From contig CAIPTO010000072.1 of the NCBI GenBank assembly GCA_903867985.1, positions 3,590 through 67,589 on the forward strand: DNA of 64,000 nt, in the 5' to 3' direction. Origin of the DNA: an uncultured Elusimicrobia bacterium. Its GTDB lineage: Bacteria > Elusimicrobiota > Elusimicrobia > Elusimicrobiales > UBA9959. Below the pieces are notes generated by a model that ran no database searches, had not been told where the DNA came from, and saw nothing but the letters and a program-made list of their open reading frames with translations. This document shows, in pieces, positions 52,240 through 61,611 of the stretch; the stretch's first letter is position 1; each line of letters begins with the position of its first letter. The position numbers and the translations under genes were made by a program.

Positions 52240-52331
52240 CGGGCCGTTTGATAAGAATAGCTCTCAACACGGCACCGGCATAGCCCGGGCCGTCGGATGA
52301 GCATAGCTCTTGATACGGCACTGGCATAGCC
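52240..52331 (+). repeat. Two contiguous 46-nt direct repeats ending 11 nt before the start codon of the DPD-like gene
   Basis: cgggccgtttgataagaatagctctcaacacggcaccggcatagcc / cgggccgtcggatgagcatagctcttgatacggcactggcatagcc. 38 of 46 positions are identical by my alignment. Confidence 0.85.
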
Positions 52332-52342
52332 TGGAGAAAAAC

Positions 52343-54790
52343 ATGTCCGAAAAAATAAATTTCCTTTCAGAAGCTCAACTTAAATCGGAGGCTGAGCGCT
52401 GTCTGTATTGCGAAGAAAAACCATGCAAAGCAGCCTGCCCAGCGGACTGTTCCCCGGCTGACTTCCTTATGGCGGTCCGGCAGATGGAAAGATCCGACTT
52501 CAAGAGGGCGGCCAAGCTGATTATGGGGCACAACACTTTCGGCGGAGTCTGCGGCGCCGTCTGTCCCGACTGGTTCTGCGTGAAAGCCTGCTCCAGAAAA
52601 CTTTTTGACAATCCGATAAATATTCCCGCCGCCCAGGCGGCAATTGTGCAGAAGGCCAAAAGACTGGGCGTTATGAGTGGCTTTAAAAACACGAAGTCCA
52701 ATGGTAAGAAAGTGGCGATTATCGGCGCCGGACCGGCAGGTTTCGCCGCGGCCGCGGCCCTCGCGCAACTGGGCTACAAAGTGGATATTTTTGAGAAAGA
52801 TAAAAAAGCGGGCGGCGCTTGTAATCTTATACCGGACGCGCGCTTCCCAAAGGAAGTCCTGCGCAGTGAAATAGAATTCATAAAAACTCTGGGCGATATC
52901 CGCATTAAAACGAGTGCGGCCGTCAAAACACCAGCCGCCCTGCTTAAGAAGTATGACTCGGTCATAGTGACGGCAGGGGTGGAAAAACAGATAAAATTGA
53001 ACATTGAGAACGAAAACCTCGGCGTGGAAGGCCTGGAATACCTGCGTAACACCTCTAAATATAAAGTGAAGGGCAAAAATGTTGGCGTAATAGGCGGCGG
53101 CGCCGTAGCAGCCGACTGCGCCATGAAGGCACTGGAACTGGGCGCGGCCAAAGCGGAGATCTTCACCCGCAAGAACATCGGTGATATACAACTGCCGGAA
53201 CGCGAATTGCGCGACATACTCAAAGCCGGTATAAATATAAACGCTAAGAGCCGCATTACCGCCATACTAAAAAGCGGGAAAGGAATAAAGATCCTTCGCC
53301 TCGACAATAAGGCGAAGGATCTACCGGGTACGGAACAGACACGCGCGGACGTGAATTTAGTGATTCTGGCAATAAAAAATATTCCGGTCTTTAACGACCA
53401 AAAGCAGAATGGAGTGTTCCTGGCCGGAGACTGCCGCAACGGCGCGTCCACCGTAGTGGAAAGCGTAGCTTCCGGAAAGAACGCCGCCATGGAAGCCCAC
53501 ACTTTCATGCAGGGCGAGAAAGCCCACTCTACTCCTAACAACCTCAAAAGCGTCGCCATTCTCAAGGGCAGAGACATGCTGCCAGTTGATCTGACTACTG
53601 ACTTTTTCGGCCGCAAGCTCCGTTCCCCTTTCATCATCTCAGCTTCCCCCCATTCCGACGGATACGATCAGGTGAAGCTGGCCTACGAGGCCGGTTGGCC
53701 CGGCGTTGTGATGAAAACCGCTTTCGACGGCCTGGACATCCACATCCCCGCGGAGTACATGGTCACGTTCAGCGATTCCACTTACGGTAATTCCGATAAT
53801 GTTTCAGGCCACGCGCTTGACCGCGTGTGCCGGGAAGTGGCGAAACTCGTAAAAGAGTATCCTGATCGCCTGACTGCGGCCTCCACCGGCGGCCCTGTTA
53901 CTGGTAACGACGAAGCTGACCGCAGGGTCTGGCAATCCAACACGTTAAAGCTTGAGCGGGCCGGAGCTATGGCTGTTGAATATTCCCTCTCCTGCCCGCA
54001 GGGCGGCGACGGCACAAAAGGCGACATCGTATCGCAGGACCCGGAACTGGCTGCCAAGATTATCGGCTGGATTATGGAAGTCTCAGACCCGGAAGTTCCA
54101 AAACTGTTTAAACTGACCGGAGCTGTAACCGCCATCTATCAGGTGGTGGACGCCATACGTAAAGTCTACGAAAAGTATCCGCACAAGAAGGCCGGCATCA
54201 CGCTGGCTAACTCTTTCCCGGCGCTGGCTTTCCGAAAAGGAGGCGGATCGTGGGACGAAGGAATGATAGTGGGAATGAGCGGCGAAGGCGTAACGCCTAT
54301 CAGCAATCTGACCATCTCCAAAGCTTCAAAGCTCAATGTCCCGATCTCCGGCAACGGCGGGCCCATGGATTACAAAGCCGCGGCCCACTTCCTGGCCCTG
54401 GGCGCCAGGTCGGTGCAGTTCTGCACCATCGTGATGAAGTACGGCTTTGGGATAATTGATGAACTGAATTGGGGACTCAGCCACCTGCTTGAGGAAAAAG
54501 GCCTCAAATCTGTGGACGAACTTATCGGCATAGCACTGCCAAAACCCGTCACTGATTTCATGGATCTATCCCCGGTGAAGGGCATTCCGGAGGCCGACGG
54601 AGAGCTCTGCATGCACTGCGGAAACTGTCTCCGCTGCGGCTACCTGGCAATAAGCCTCGACGGTAATAAGATCCCAAAGGCTGACGCCTCCAAATGCGTA
54701 GGGTGTTCCCTTTGCGTTAAAAAGTGCTTCGCCGGCGCGCTGAAGATGCGGAAGCGCACTCCGGCCGAGCAGGCGCGGACGCCTGAATAA
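52343..54790 (+). CDS. Fused GltD/PreT-like NAD(P)H-flavin oxidoreductase plus PreA/dihydroorotate-dehydrogenase-like TIM barrel plus 2x[4Fe-4S] ferredoxin (dihydropyrimidine dehydrogenase-like, YgfK-related)
   Basis: The ATG at 52343 has a GGAGA SD. N-terminal Cys cluster CLYCEEKPCKAACP, dinucleotide fold VAIIGAGPAGFAAA, DHOD-like LRSPFIISASP...VVMKT, and C-terminal CMHCGNC...CVGCSLC. Confidence 0.75.
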   Translation: MSEKINFLSEAQLKSEAERCLYCEEKPCKAACPADCSPADFLMAVRQMERSDFKRAAKLIMGHNTFGGVCGAVCPDWFCVKACSRKLFDNPINIPAAQAAIVQKAKRLGVMSGFKNTKSNGKKVAIIGAGPAGFAAAAALAQLGYKVDIFEKDKKAGGACNLIPDARFPKEVLRSEIEFIKTLGDIRIKTSAAVKTPAALLKKYDSVIVTAGVEKQIKLNIENENLGVEGLEYLRNTSKYKVKGKNVGVIGGGAVAADCAMKALELGAAKAEIFTRKNIGDIQLPERELRDILKAGININAKSRITAILKSGKGIKILRLDNKAKDLPGTEQTRADVNLVILAIKNIPVFNDQKQNGVFLAGDCRNGASTVVESVASGKNAAMEAHTFMQGEKAHSTPNNLKSVAILKGRDMLPVDLTTDFFGRKLRSPFIISASPHSDGYDQVKLAYEAGWPGVVMKTAFDGLDIHIPAEYMVTFSDSTYGNSDNVSGHALDRVCREVAKLVKEYPDRLTAASTGGPVTGNDEADRRVWQSNTLKLERAGAMAVEYSLSCPQGGDGTKGDIVSQDPELAAKIIGWIMEVSDPEVPKLFKLTGAVTAIYQVVDAIRKVYEKYPHKKAGITLANSFPALAFRKGGGSWDEGMIVGMSGEGVTPISNLTISKASKLNVPISGNGGPMDYKAAAHFLALGARSVQFCTIVMKYGFGIIDELNWGLSHLLEEKGLKSVDELIGIALPKPVTDFMDLSPVKGIPEADGELCMHCGNCLRCGYLAISLDGNKIPKADASKCVGCSLCVKKCFAGALKMRKRTPAEQARTPE

Positions 54791-54799
54791 GGATTTATT

Positions 54800-56125
54800 A
54801 TGAAAAAAAACATCCTGATCAAAAATGCGACAATAGCCACGCTGGGCGCGACCAACAGACTGCTCAAAAACCACGCCATCCTGGTGGAAAACGGCCTGAT
54901 AAAAAAAATAGCCCCGCAGAAGTCTTTTAAAGGAAAATACTCGAAAGTGATAGACGGCGCAGGCAAGCTGGCCATGCCGGGTTTTATTAACGCCCACATG
55001 CATTTCTACAGCACCTTCGCCAGAGGGCTCGGCAAGGCCTCCCCTTCCAGGAACTTCACCGAGATACTTGAGAATCTCTGGTGGCGCCTGGACAAGAAAC
55101 TTACCAATGCCGATTCCTATTACAGCGCGGTCATCCCGCTCATGGACGCCGTGAGGAAAGGCACTACCACGCTTATAGATCATCACGCCAGCCCCTTCGC
55201 GGTAAAAGGCTCGCTTAAAGCTATAGAAAAAGCCGTAAGGGAAACCGGCCTGAGGGCCTCGCTCTGCTACGAACTTTCCGATCGGGACGGCAAAGATATA
55301 GCGCAGGCGGGACTTGAAGAGAACACTGAATTTATAAAATACGCCGCCGCTCTAGACGACAACCGCATCAAGGCGATGTTCGGCCTGCACGCTTCCTTTA
55401 CAGTGACCGACGCCACGCTTGAAGAGGCCGCCTATCGCGGCCACACTCTGAAAGCCGGCTTCCATATCCACACGGCCGAATCTCAGGCCGACCAGCTATA
55501 CGCGGAAGCGCATTACAAGATGCGGGTGGTTGAACGCCTGGAGGGTTTCGGCATCCTGGGCCCCAAATCAATAGCCGCCCATTGCGTGCACATAAACGAA
55601 AAAGAAATGGAGATCCTGGCCCGCACTCATACAGCAGTGGTCCACAACCCCCAGTCCAACGCCAACAACGCGGTGGGCATCGCGGATATAGTCGCCATGG
55701 CGGGGAAGGGAGTGTTGGTCGGGCTGGGAACGGATGCGATGACGGTCAATATGCTGGAAGAGGTCCGCGCGGCGGTGTGGCTGCAGCACCTGAAACGCGA
55801 CCCCTCGCAGGGTTTCGCGGAATCCGTCTCAGCCCTGCTCATGAACAACACAGAAATAGCAAACCGACAGTTCAAGGATGTAGGGATACTTAAAGAAGGA
55901 TACTGCGCGGACATCATACTGCTGGACTACTACCCGCCAACCCCGCTTGAAACGGATAATTTCTACGGCCATCTGGTGTTCGGCCTTTCCCAAAGCGCCG
56001 TGGACACTACCATAGCCGCGGGCCGCGTTCTGATGGAGAATAAAAAGCTCAAGCTGGACATCGACGAAGAAGAGGTTTCAAGAAAATCGGCAGAACTGGC
56101 CAAAAAACTCTGGAGCAGGTTTTAG
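54800..56125 (+). CDS. ssnA: Putative aminohydrolase SsnA
   Basis: Close match to E. coli SsnA as I recall it: MPGFINAHMHFYS, LENLWWRLD, LIDHHASP, HIHTAE, VHNPQSN and GLGTDA. Confidence 0.85.
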   Translation: MKKNILIKNATIATLGATNRLLKNHAILVENGLIKKIAPQKSFKGKYSKVIDGAGKLAMPGFINAHMHFYSTFARGLGKASPSRNFTEILENLWWRLDKKLTNADSYYSAVIPLMDAVRKGTTTLIDHHASPFAVKGSLKAIEKAVRETGLRASLCYELSDRDGKDIAQAGLEENTEFIKYAAALDDNRIKAMFGLHASFTVTDATLEEAAYRGHTLKAGFHIHTAESQADQLYAEAHYKMRVVERLEGFGILGPKSIAAHCVHINEKEMEILARTHTAVVHNPQSNANNAVGIADIVAMAGKGVLVGLGTDAMTVNMLEEVRAAVWLQHLKRDPSQGFAESVSALLMNNTEIANRQFKDVGILKEGYCADIILLDYYPPTPLETDNFYGHLVFGLSQSAVDTTIAAGRVLMENKKLKLDIDEEEVSRKSAELAKKLWSRF

Positions 56126-56163
56126 CTGTAATTACCACGCCCACGGCCAGATACCTTTTCCGC

Positions 56164-57168
56164 CTAAAATGTCTGGGTGACTTTATTTAAACCTTTGGGA
56201 TTGTCGGGGTTCAGGCCTTTTGCGATGGCCAGATGCAGGGCTATTAGTTTTATCTCTATGTCAGCCAGCAGGCAGTTGAAAGGAAATTTTCCCTTCTCCG
56301 GCGCTATAACATGGTAAGGGGTATTCCGGTCGTTTAACGCCAGCCTCACCTTCTCAACATCGTCCGACAGCTCTCTGGAGGGGCTGAGAAGAAACACAAA
56401 ATCTTTTGAAGTATAGGCACCGACCGGCCCATGCAGGAACTCAGCGGCCGAATAACCTAAGGCGTGCGCCTTGGCCATTTCCCTGAACTTCAGGGCCGAA
56501 TCGTCAGCCACGGCGTTATACGGCCCGCGCCCGACGAAACCTATCACTCCGGCTCTTCTGAGCTTTGGCCAGAAGTCCGCGGCCGACGGATCAAAACCAG
56601 AGGCCAGGAACTCCCGGATGAGCGAGATCGTGCCGCTGAAATCTTTGGCTTTGAAACAGCCGGTCCAAAGTTGCGCCGTCCACAAAACGACCCAGAGCTG
56701 AAGGATAAAACTCTTTGTAGCCGCCACGGGAACCTCTTTCGAGCTTGAAAGAAGAATATGGGTATCGGCCAGCCGGGCGAGCGGGTTGGCCTTCAGGTCA
56801 GCCTCGTTGGTAACAGCCACTCCTTTCGCCCCCCAGTTTATCAGTTTTTTAAGAACAGCGATTATATCCGAACTTTTGCCTGACTGCGAAAAAGCCCATA
56901 CCGCCTGATTGCTGAAATGCAGGGGAATTTTCGCCTCAAAGATGGAATGCGGGTGGATGAAATTAGTGATTACTCCTGAATATTCCTCCCAAATATACTT
57001 TGCGAAAAGGGTGGCGTTGCCGGAAGACCCGCGGCCCGCCAGATACACAACCTTGTCTTTAGACCTTAATGCGGCAGCCTGAAGTCCGGGCGCACGCCGG
57101 GAGAAATCCTCCAGCAGAGCCGGGATTTCCATTATATCTTTGTAGGTCAGCGTATCCTGGTATTTCAT
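56164..57168 (-). CDS. SIS (sugar isomerase) domain protein, GlmS-C/AgaS/FrlB-like
   Basis: Two SIS repeats (VVYLAGRGSSGNA..., AFSQSGKSSD). No glutaminase domain. Confidence 0.65.
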   Translation of the reverse strand: MKYQDTLTYKDIMEIPALLEDFSRRAPGLQAAALRSKDKVVYLAGRGSSGNATLFAKYIWEEYSGVITNFIHPHSIFEAKIPLHFSNQAVWAFSQSGKSSDIIAVLKKLINWGAKGVAVTNEADLKANPLARLADTHILLSSSKEVPVAATKSFILQLWVVLWTAQLWTGCFKAKDFSGTISLIREFLASGFDPSAADFWPKLRRAGVIGFVGRGPYNAVADDSALKFREMAKAHALGYSAAEFLHGPVGAYTSKDFVFLLSPSRELSDDVEKVRLALNDRNTPYHVIAPEKGKFPFNCLLADIEIKLIALHLAIAKGLNPDNPKGLNKVTQTF

Positions 57169-58016
57169 TATCCTGTCACCTTGCGCTTCATTTCCCTCAG
57201 CGCGCGCATATTATCGTCGATGTCCTTTAAATCCATTCCCGTGCGGCCGTAATGGGCATGCTCTATAGGGGAATCCGGACAGATGTAGGTGCCGCGCCGC
57301 ACCCCCTTGGAATCCTTCTCAAGCCCCAGCCAGATAAGCCAGGGGTAAAGATCCTTAAAATCTTTCACTATCAATTCGGCGCCGCTGCGCGCCAGAAGAT
57401 TCTGATCTCCGAAACCGTCCATAACGGCGGCGGAGTGGTAGCCCGCGTCTTTAGCGGCAAAAACATCCAGATGTGTGTCGCCTATCACATAAACATCAGC
57501 CGGCCTTACCTTGGCATGCAGTAGCTTTTCCGCCCGCTCGACGGCTTTAACAAGCACCCGGCTCCTGATATGAGAATCGCAGCCGTAGCCGCCGAAGGCG
57601 AAGTATTTCCTTAAACCGGAGGGTTCAAGCTTGATAAACGCTCCATCGCGCAAATTCCCGGTCCCAAGACCCACCATAACGTCCTTGCGCTTGGAAAGCA
57701 GCACCAGCAGCTTCTCCACGCCGTTGAGTTTGGAATAATTTTTTGATTTTATTGACTGTTTCACTTCCGCGGGCAGAAAACCGATATATTTAAGTTCCAG
57801 GTCCCGAAATTGTTTGGCGGTCGGCTTTTTACCGCAGGCGTGCTTGAAGGCAGTGGTAAAATTCTCCTTATCAGTGGCGCCCTGCAACGAAAACTTGTCG
57901 CAAATATTATCCGCGCCGCACATTTCCTTTACCGCCTTATTGAGACCTCTGGCCCCGGCTCCGCCTGCCTTTATAAGCGTCCCGTCGATGTCAAAAAGAA
58001 CTATTTTCATAAGCAA
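57168..58016 (-). CDS. HAD-superfamily hydrolase with a roughly 50-aa C-terminal extension
   Basis: Motif I LFDIDGTL and motif IV VIGDTHLDVFAAKDAG. The start overlaps the hutI 3' end and the stop overlaps the SIS gene start. Confidence 0.7.
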   Translation of the reverse strand: MLMKIVLFDIDGTLIKAGGAGARGLNKAVKEMCGADNICDKFSLQGATDKENFTTAFKHACGKKPTAKQFRDLELKYIGFLPAEVKQSIKSKNYSKLNGVEKLLVLLSKRKDVMVGLGTGNLRDGAFIKLEPSGLRKYFAFGGYGCDSHIRSRVLVKAVERAEKLLHAKVRPADVYVIGDTHLDVFAAKDAGYHSAAVMDGFGDQNLLARSGAELIVKDFKDLYPWLIWLGLEKDSKGVRRGTYICPDSPIEHAHYGRTGMDLKDIDDNMRALREMKRKVTG

Positions 58017-59244
58017 TGCTTCCTTTTTTTATCGTCACTTTATTCAGATTCGCTCCGAAATAATAGCACACCTCACGGTAATCCGAAGCGTCAAAGACCG
58101 CGATGTCGGCCTGTTTGCCTGGTTCTATGGATCCCAGACGATTCCCGGCCTTCAGGGCGCAGGCCCCGTTGATCGTGGCGGCGCAAAGCGCCTGCTCCGG
58201 AGTCATTTTCATGTGGGTGCAGGCCGAGGAAAGAACCATCTGCATGTTCCAGCAGGGAGAGGTGCCGGGATTAAAATCGGTGGCCAGGGCAACCGGCACG
58301 CCTGCGGCAATGAAAGTTCTAGCGTCCGGATATTTTGCAAGCCCCAGAAAGAAATTGGAAGCAGGCAGCAGTGTGGCGATGGCTCCGATGCGGCGCATAG
58401 CCAGCATATCCTTTTTTCGCGCATAGTCAACGTGATCTGCGCTTACGACCCCCGCCTTTGCCCCGGCGATGGCGCCGCCGTAATTAGAGAGCTGCTCGGC
58501 GTGGATCTTGGGGATAAGACCGGCGGCCTTACAGGCGTTAAGATATTTCAGGCTTTCTTCAGGGGTGAAATATCCTTTTTCGCAAAATATGTCGGCAAAA
58601 ACAGCCAGTTTTTTTAAAACAACCGCCGGAACTATTTCAGCGAGCACATAGCGCAAATACTTTTCAGAATCTCCGAATTCCGGCGGCACCGCGTGCGCGG
58701 ACATTAGCGTCGGCAGCATCTCAAGAGGGGTGCGGGCGGCAGCGGCCTTTATGGCCTTAAGGGTTTTGAGTTCGGAAGCTTTATTCAGGCCGTAACCTGT
58801 CTTAACCTCTATAGTGCCCGTGCCGCATTCAAGGAACCGCGCTGCGCGCTCCACAAGTTGCGAAACCATCTTTGCAGGAGCCTGACCGCGCACGGCCCGC
58901 ACGCTTGAGAGTATCCCCCCGCCACCCGCCTTTATGCCGGCGTAGGTAGAGCCCTGAGTACGCAAGGAGAAATCCCGCAGCCGCGGTTCGGCGAAAACGG
59001 CGTGAGTATGGCTGTCCACGAAGGCGGGCAGTGCCACGCCTCCAACTTTTCTGGCGCGGGCCTTGTTTGCAAGCGGATGGCGCATGACCTCTTTTTCCGT
59101 ACCGGCGGACCTTATAAGCCCGTTCTCAATGAGAATAGCGCCGTTCCTGACCAGACCGATAGCGCTCTGTTCTCTGCCTGAACGCGGCGCGGCGGCACCC
59201 TTGAAGGTCAGGAGCTGTTTGAAACCGGTGAGGAGTAATGCCAT
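57991..59244 (-). CDS. hutI: Imidazolonepropionase
   Basis: PAFVDSHTHAVFA, GGGILSSVRAVR, HAEQLS and ATDFNPGTSP motifs. Confidence 0.9.
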   Translation of the reverse strand: MALLLTGFKQLLTFKGAAAPRSGREQSAIGLVRNGAILIENGLIRSAGTEKEVMRHPLANKARARKVGGVALPAFVDSHTHAVFAEPRLRDFSLRTQGSTYAGIKAGGGGILSSVRAVRGQAPAKMVSQLVERAARFLECGTGTIEVKTGYGLNKASELKTLKAIKAAAARTPLEMLPTLMSAHAVPPEFGDSEKYLRYVLAEIVPAVVLKKLAVFADIFCEKGYFTPEESLKYLNACKAAGLIPKIHAEQLSNYGGAIAGAKAGVVSADHVDYARKKDMLAMRRIGAIATLLPASNFFLGLAKYPDARTFIAAGVPVALATDFNPGTSPCWNMQMVLSSACTHMKMTPEQALCAATINGACALKAGNRLGSIEPGKQADIAVFDASDYREVCYYFGANLNKVTIKKGSIAYENSSF

Positions 59245-59288
59245 AAAGTTAAGTGGCTGACGCTAAACGATGCCTGCCGCTAAAGCGG

Positions 59289-59786
59289 TTATCTGAAATT
59301 ATCGAACTGCAGGGCTATGCCGAAGTCCTGGCCGCGCAGAATGGACATTACATTCTGCAGTTCATCCTTGGACTTGGATGTTACGCGCAGCGTGTCGCCC
59401 TGTATTGAGATGTTAGCTTTTAATTTCTGTTCCTTCATGGCCTTAACTATTTCCTTTGCCTTGTCCTGCGGTATGCCCTGCTGTATCTTAACCGCCTGCT
59501 TGGCCGTACCGCCAAGCGCGCTTTCTATTTTCTGCGGCTCGAAGTTTTTAAGCGGCAGACCGCGCTTTGAAAGTTTGGTAAGCAGAACATCATAAAGCGC
59601 CTTCACCTTATAATCGTCGCACGACTGCAGCATTATGCTGTTGTTTTTTTTATCGAAGTTGATCTCGGACTTGGAATCTTTGAAGTCGTATCGGTTTATA
59701 ACTTCCTTCATAGCGATCGCGATCGCCTCATCCACCACGGTGTACTCAACTTTTGAAACCACATCAAAACTGAATTCATTTGCCAT
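59289..59786 (-). CDS. yajQ: YajQ family (UPF0234) nucleotide / cyclic-di-GMP-binding protein
   Basis: It aligns along its whole length with E. coli YajQ as I recall it (SFDVVSKV..., RYDFKDSK, IQGDTLRVTSKSKDELQ, FDNFR). Confidence 0.88.
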   Translation of the reverse strand: MANEFSFDVVSKVEYTVVDEAIAIAMKEVINRYDFKDSKSEINFDKKNNSIMLQSCDDYKVKALYDVLLTKLSKRGLPLKNFEPQKIESALGGTAKQAVKIQQGIPQDKAKEIVKAMKEQKLKANISIQGDTLRVTSKSKDELQNVMSILRGQDFGIALQFDNFR

Positions 59787-59800
59787 AATACTTTCCTCCT

Positions 59801-61459
59801 TTATTTCATCATCGGTATTTTCACACCTGTTTTTTTCGCGAAATCCACGGCCTTATCATAGCCCGCATCGGCATGACGCAACACGCCCATACACGGATCA
59901 TTGGTCAGAACCCTTTCAAGGCGCAGATCCATTTCTTTTGTGCCGTCCGCAACTATCACCTGGCCCGCGTGCAGGGAGTAACCCATACCCACGCCGCCGC
60001 CGTGATGAAAAGAAACCCAGCTGGCGCCAGAAGCCGTGTTCACAAGAGCGTTAAGGATGGGCCAGTCGGCTATAGCGTCGGAGCCGTCTTTCATGGCTTC
60101 GGTCTCGCGGTAGGGGCTGGCCACTGAACCGGAATCCAGGTGGTCGCGTCCTATAACGATCGGAGCCGAAATTTTACCGGAGCGCACCAGTTTGTTAAGT
60201 TCCATGCCGAAGAGATGCCTCTCGCCGTAGCCAAGCCAGCAGATGCGGGAAGGGTAACCTTGAAACCTTACTTTTTTAGAAGCCATGTCTATCCAGCGCT
60301 TAAGACCCTGGTTTTTGGGGAACATATCCAGAGCCAGTTTATCGGTTACGGCGATATCCTTAGGGTCGCCGGAAAGCGCGACCCAGCGGAACGGACCTTT
60401 TCCCTCGCAGAAAAGGTCACGGATATAGGCCGGCACAAAACCGGGGAAATCATAGGCGTTCTTAACGCCCTGCTTAAAAGCCATGGTGCGGATATTATTG
60501 CCATAGTCAAAAGTTACGGCGCCCGCTTTCTGCAGCGCGAGCATCGCTTCCACGTGTATGGCAATTGACTCCATAGCCAGGGCCGTATATCCTTTGGGGT
60601 CCTTCCGCCGCATTTCCACGGCGTCTTTCATGGTGAAGCCCTTGGGCACGTAGCCGTTAAGCGGATCATGCGCTGAGGTCTGATCCGTCAAAACATCCAC
60701 CTGGACCTTTCGCCTGACCATTTCCGGCAGAATTTCGGCGCAATTGCCAAGCAGAGCGATGGATATGGGTTTCTTTTCTTTTATCGCTTTACCGGCCATG
60801 GCTAAAGCCTCATCAAGCGAGGTCGCCATCACATCCACATATTTAGTATCCAGGCGCCGCCTGATCCGGGTCTCGTCAACCTCTATGATTATGGCCACGC
60901 CGTTATTCATGGTAATAGACAGCGGCTGGGCCCCGCTCATGCCGCCAAGGCCGCCCGACACCACAAGCTTTCCGGTCAAGTCGCTTTTAAAATGCTTCCT
61001 GGCGCAGGCCGCGAAAGTTTCATAAGTCCCCTGAAGTATGCCCTGCGTACCGATATAGATCCAGGAGCCGGCCGTCATCTGGCCGTACATCATCAGACCT
61101 TTCTTCTCCAGCTCGTCGAAAACTTCCCAGCTTGCCCAATTGCCCACCAAATTGGAATTAGCCAATAGCACGCGCGGCGCGTATTCATGCGTCCTTACCA
61201 CGCCAACAGGTTTGCCGGACTGCACCAACAGCGTTTCGTCGTTCTCAAGAGTCGTAAGCGAACTGACTATAGCCCTGTAGCAGTCCCAGTTGCGCGCCGC
61301 TTGGCCGCGGCCGCCATAGACCACCAGATCCTCCGGGCGTTCGGCAACATCCGGATCCAGATTATTCATAAGCATGCGCAAAGCCGCTTCCTGCTGCCAG
61401 CCCTTACACGTGATCTTATTGCCTTTGGGGCCCCTGATGTTTTTAACCGGCAAACTCAT
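59801..61459 (-). CDS. hutU: Urocanate hydratase
   Basis: The ATG at 61459 ([13 protein letters not shown]) has an AGGAGA SD; the 53-codon upstream extension overlapping hutH is rejected. [34 protein letters not shown] and HHGGGVGMG motifs. Confidence 0.93.
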   Translation of the reverse strand: MSLPVKNIRGPKGNKITCKGWQQEAALRMLMNNLDPDVAERPEDLVVYGGRGQAARNWDCYRAIVSSLTTLENDETLLVQSGKPVGVVRTHEYAPRVLLANSNLVGNWASWEVFDELEKKGLMMYGQMTAGSWIYIGTQGILQGTYETFAACARKHFKSDLTGKLVVSGGLGGMSGAQPLSITMNNGVAIIIEVDETRIRRRLDTKYVDVMATSLDEALAMAGKAIKEKKPISIALLGNCAEILPEMVRRKVQVDVLTDQTSAHDPLNGYVPKGFTMKDAVEMRRKDPKGYTALAMESIAIHVEAMLALQKAGAVTFDYGNNIRTMAFKQGVKNAYDFPGFVPAYIRDLFCEGKGPFRWVALSGDPKDIAVTDKLALDMFPKNQGLKRWIDMASKKVRFQGYPSRICWLGYGERHLFGMELNKLVRSGKISAPIVIGRDHLDSGSVASPYRETEAMKDGSDAIADWPILNALVNTASGASWVSFHHGGGVGMGYSLHAGQVIVADGTKEMDLRLERVLTNDPCMGVLRHADAGYDKAVDFAKKTGVKIPMMK

Positions 61460-61611
61460 ATTTTCTCCTGAAACAGCGCACGATTTATATCGTATAACGT
61501 CTTTCCCGATTTCCTTATTTTCAAGCCTATAGCAGTGCCGCAAGGCGTCATGCGTAACACGCGGCCAATCATTAAGACTTGAAACAGCGTTCCTTACTTC
61601 AAAGGAACTAG

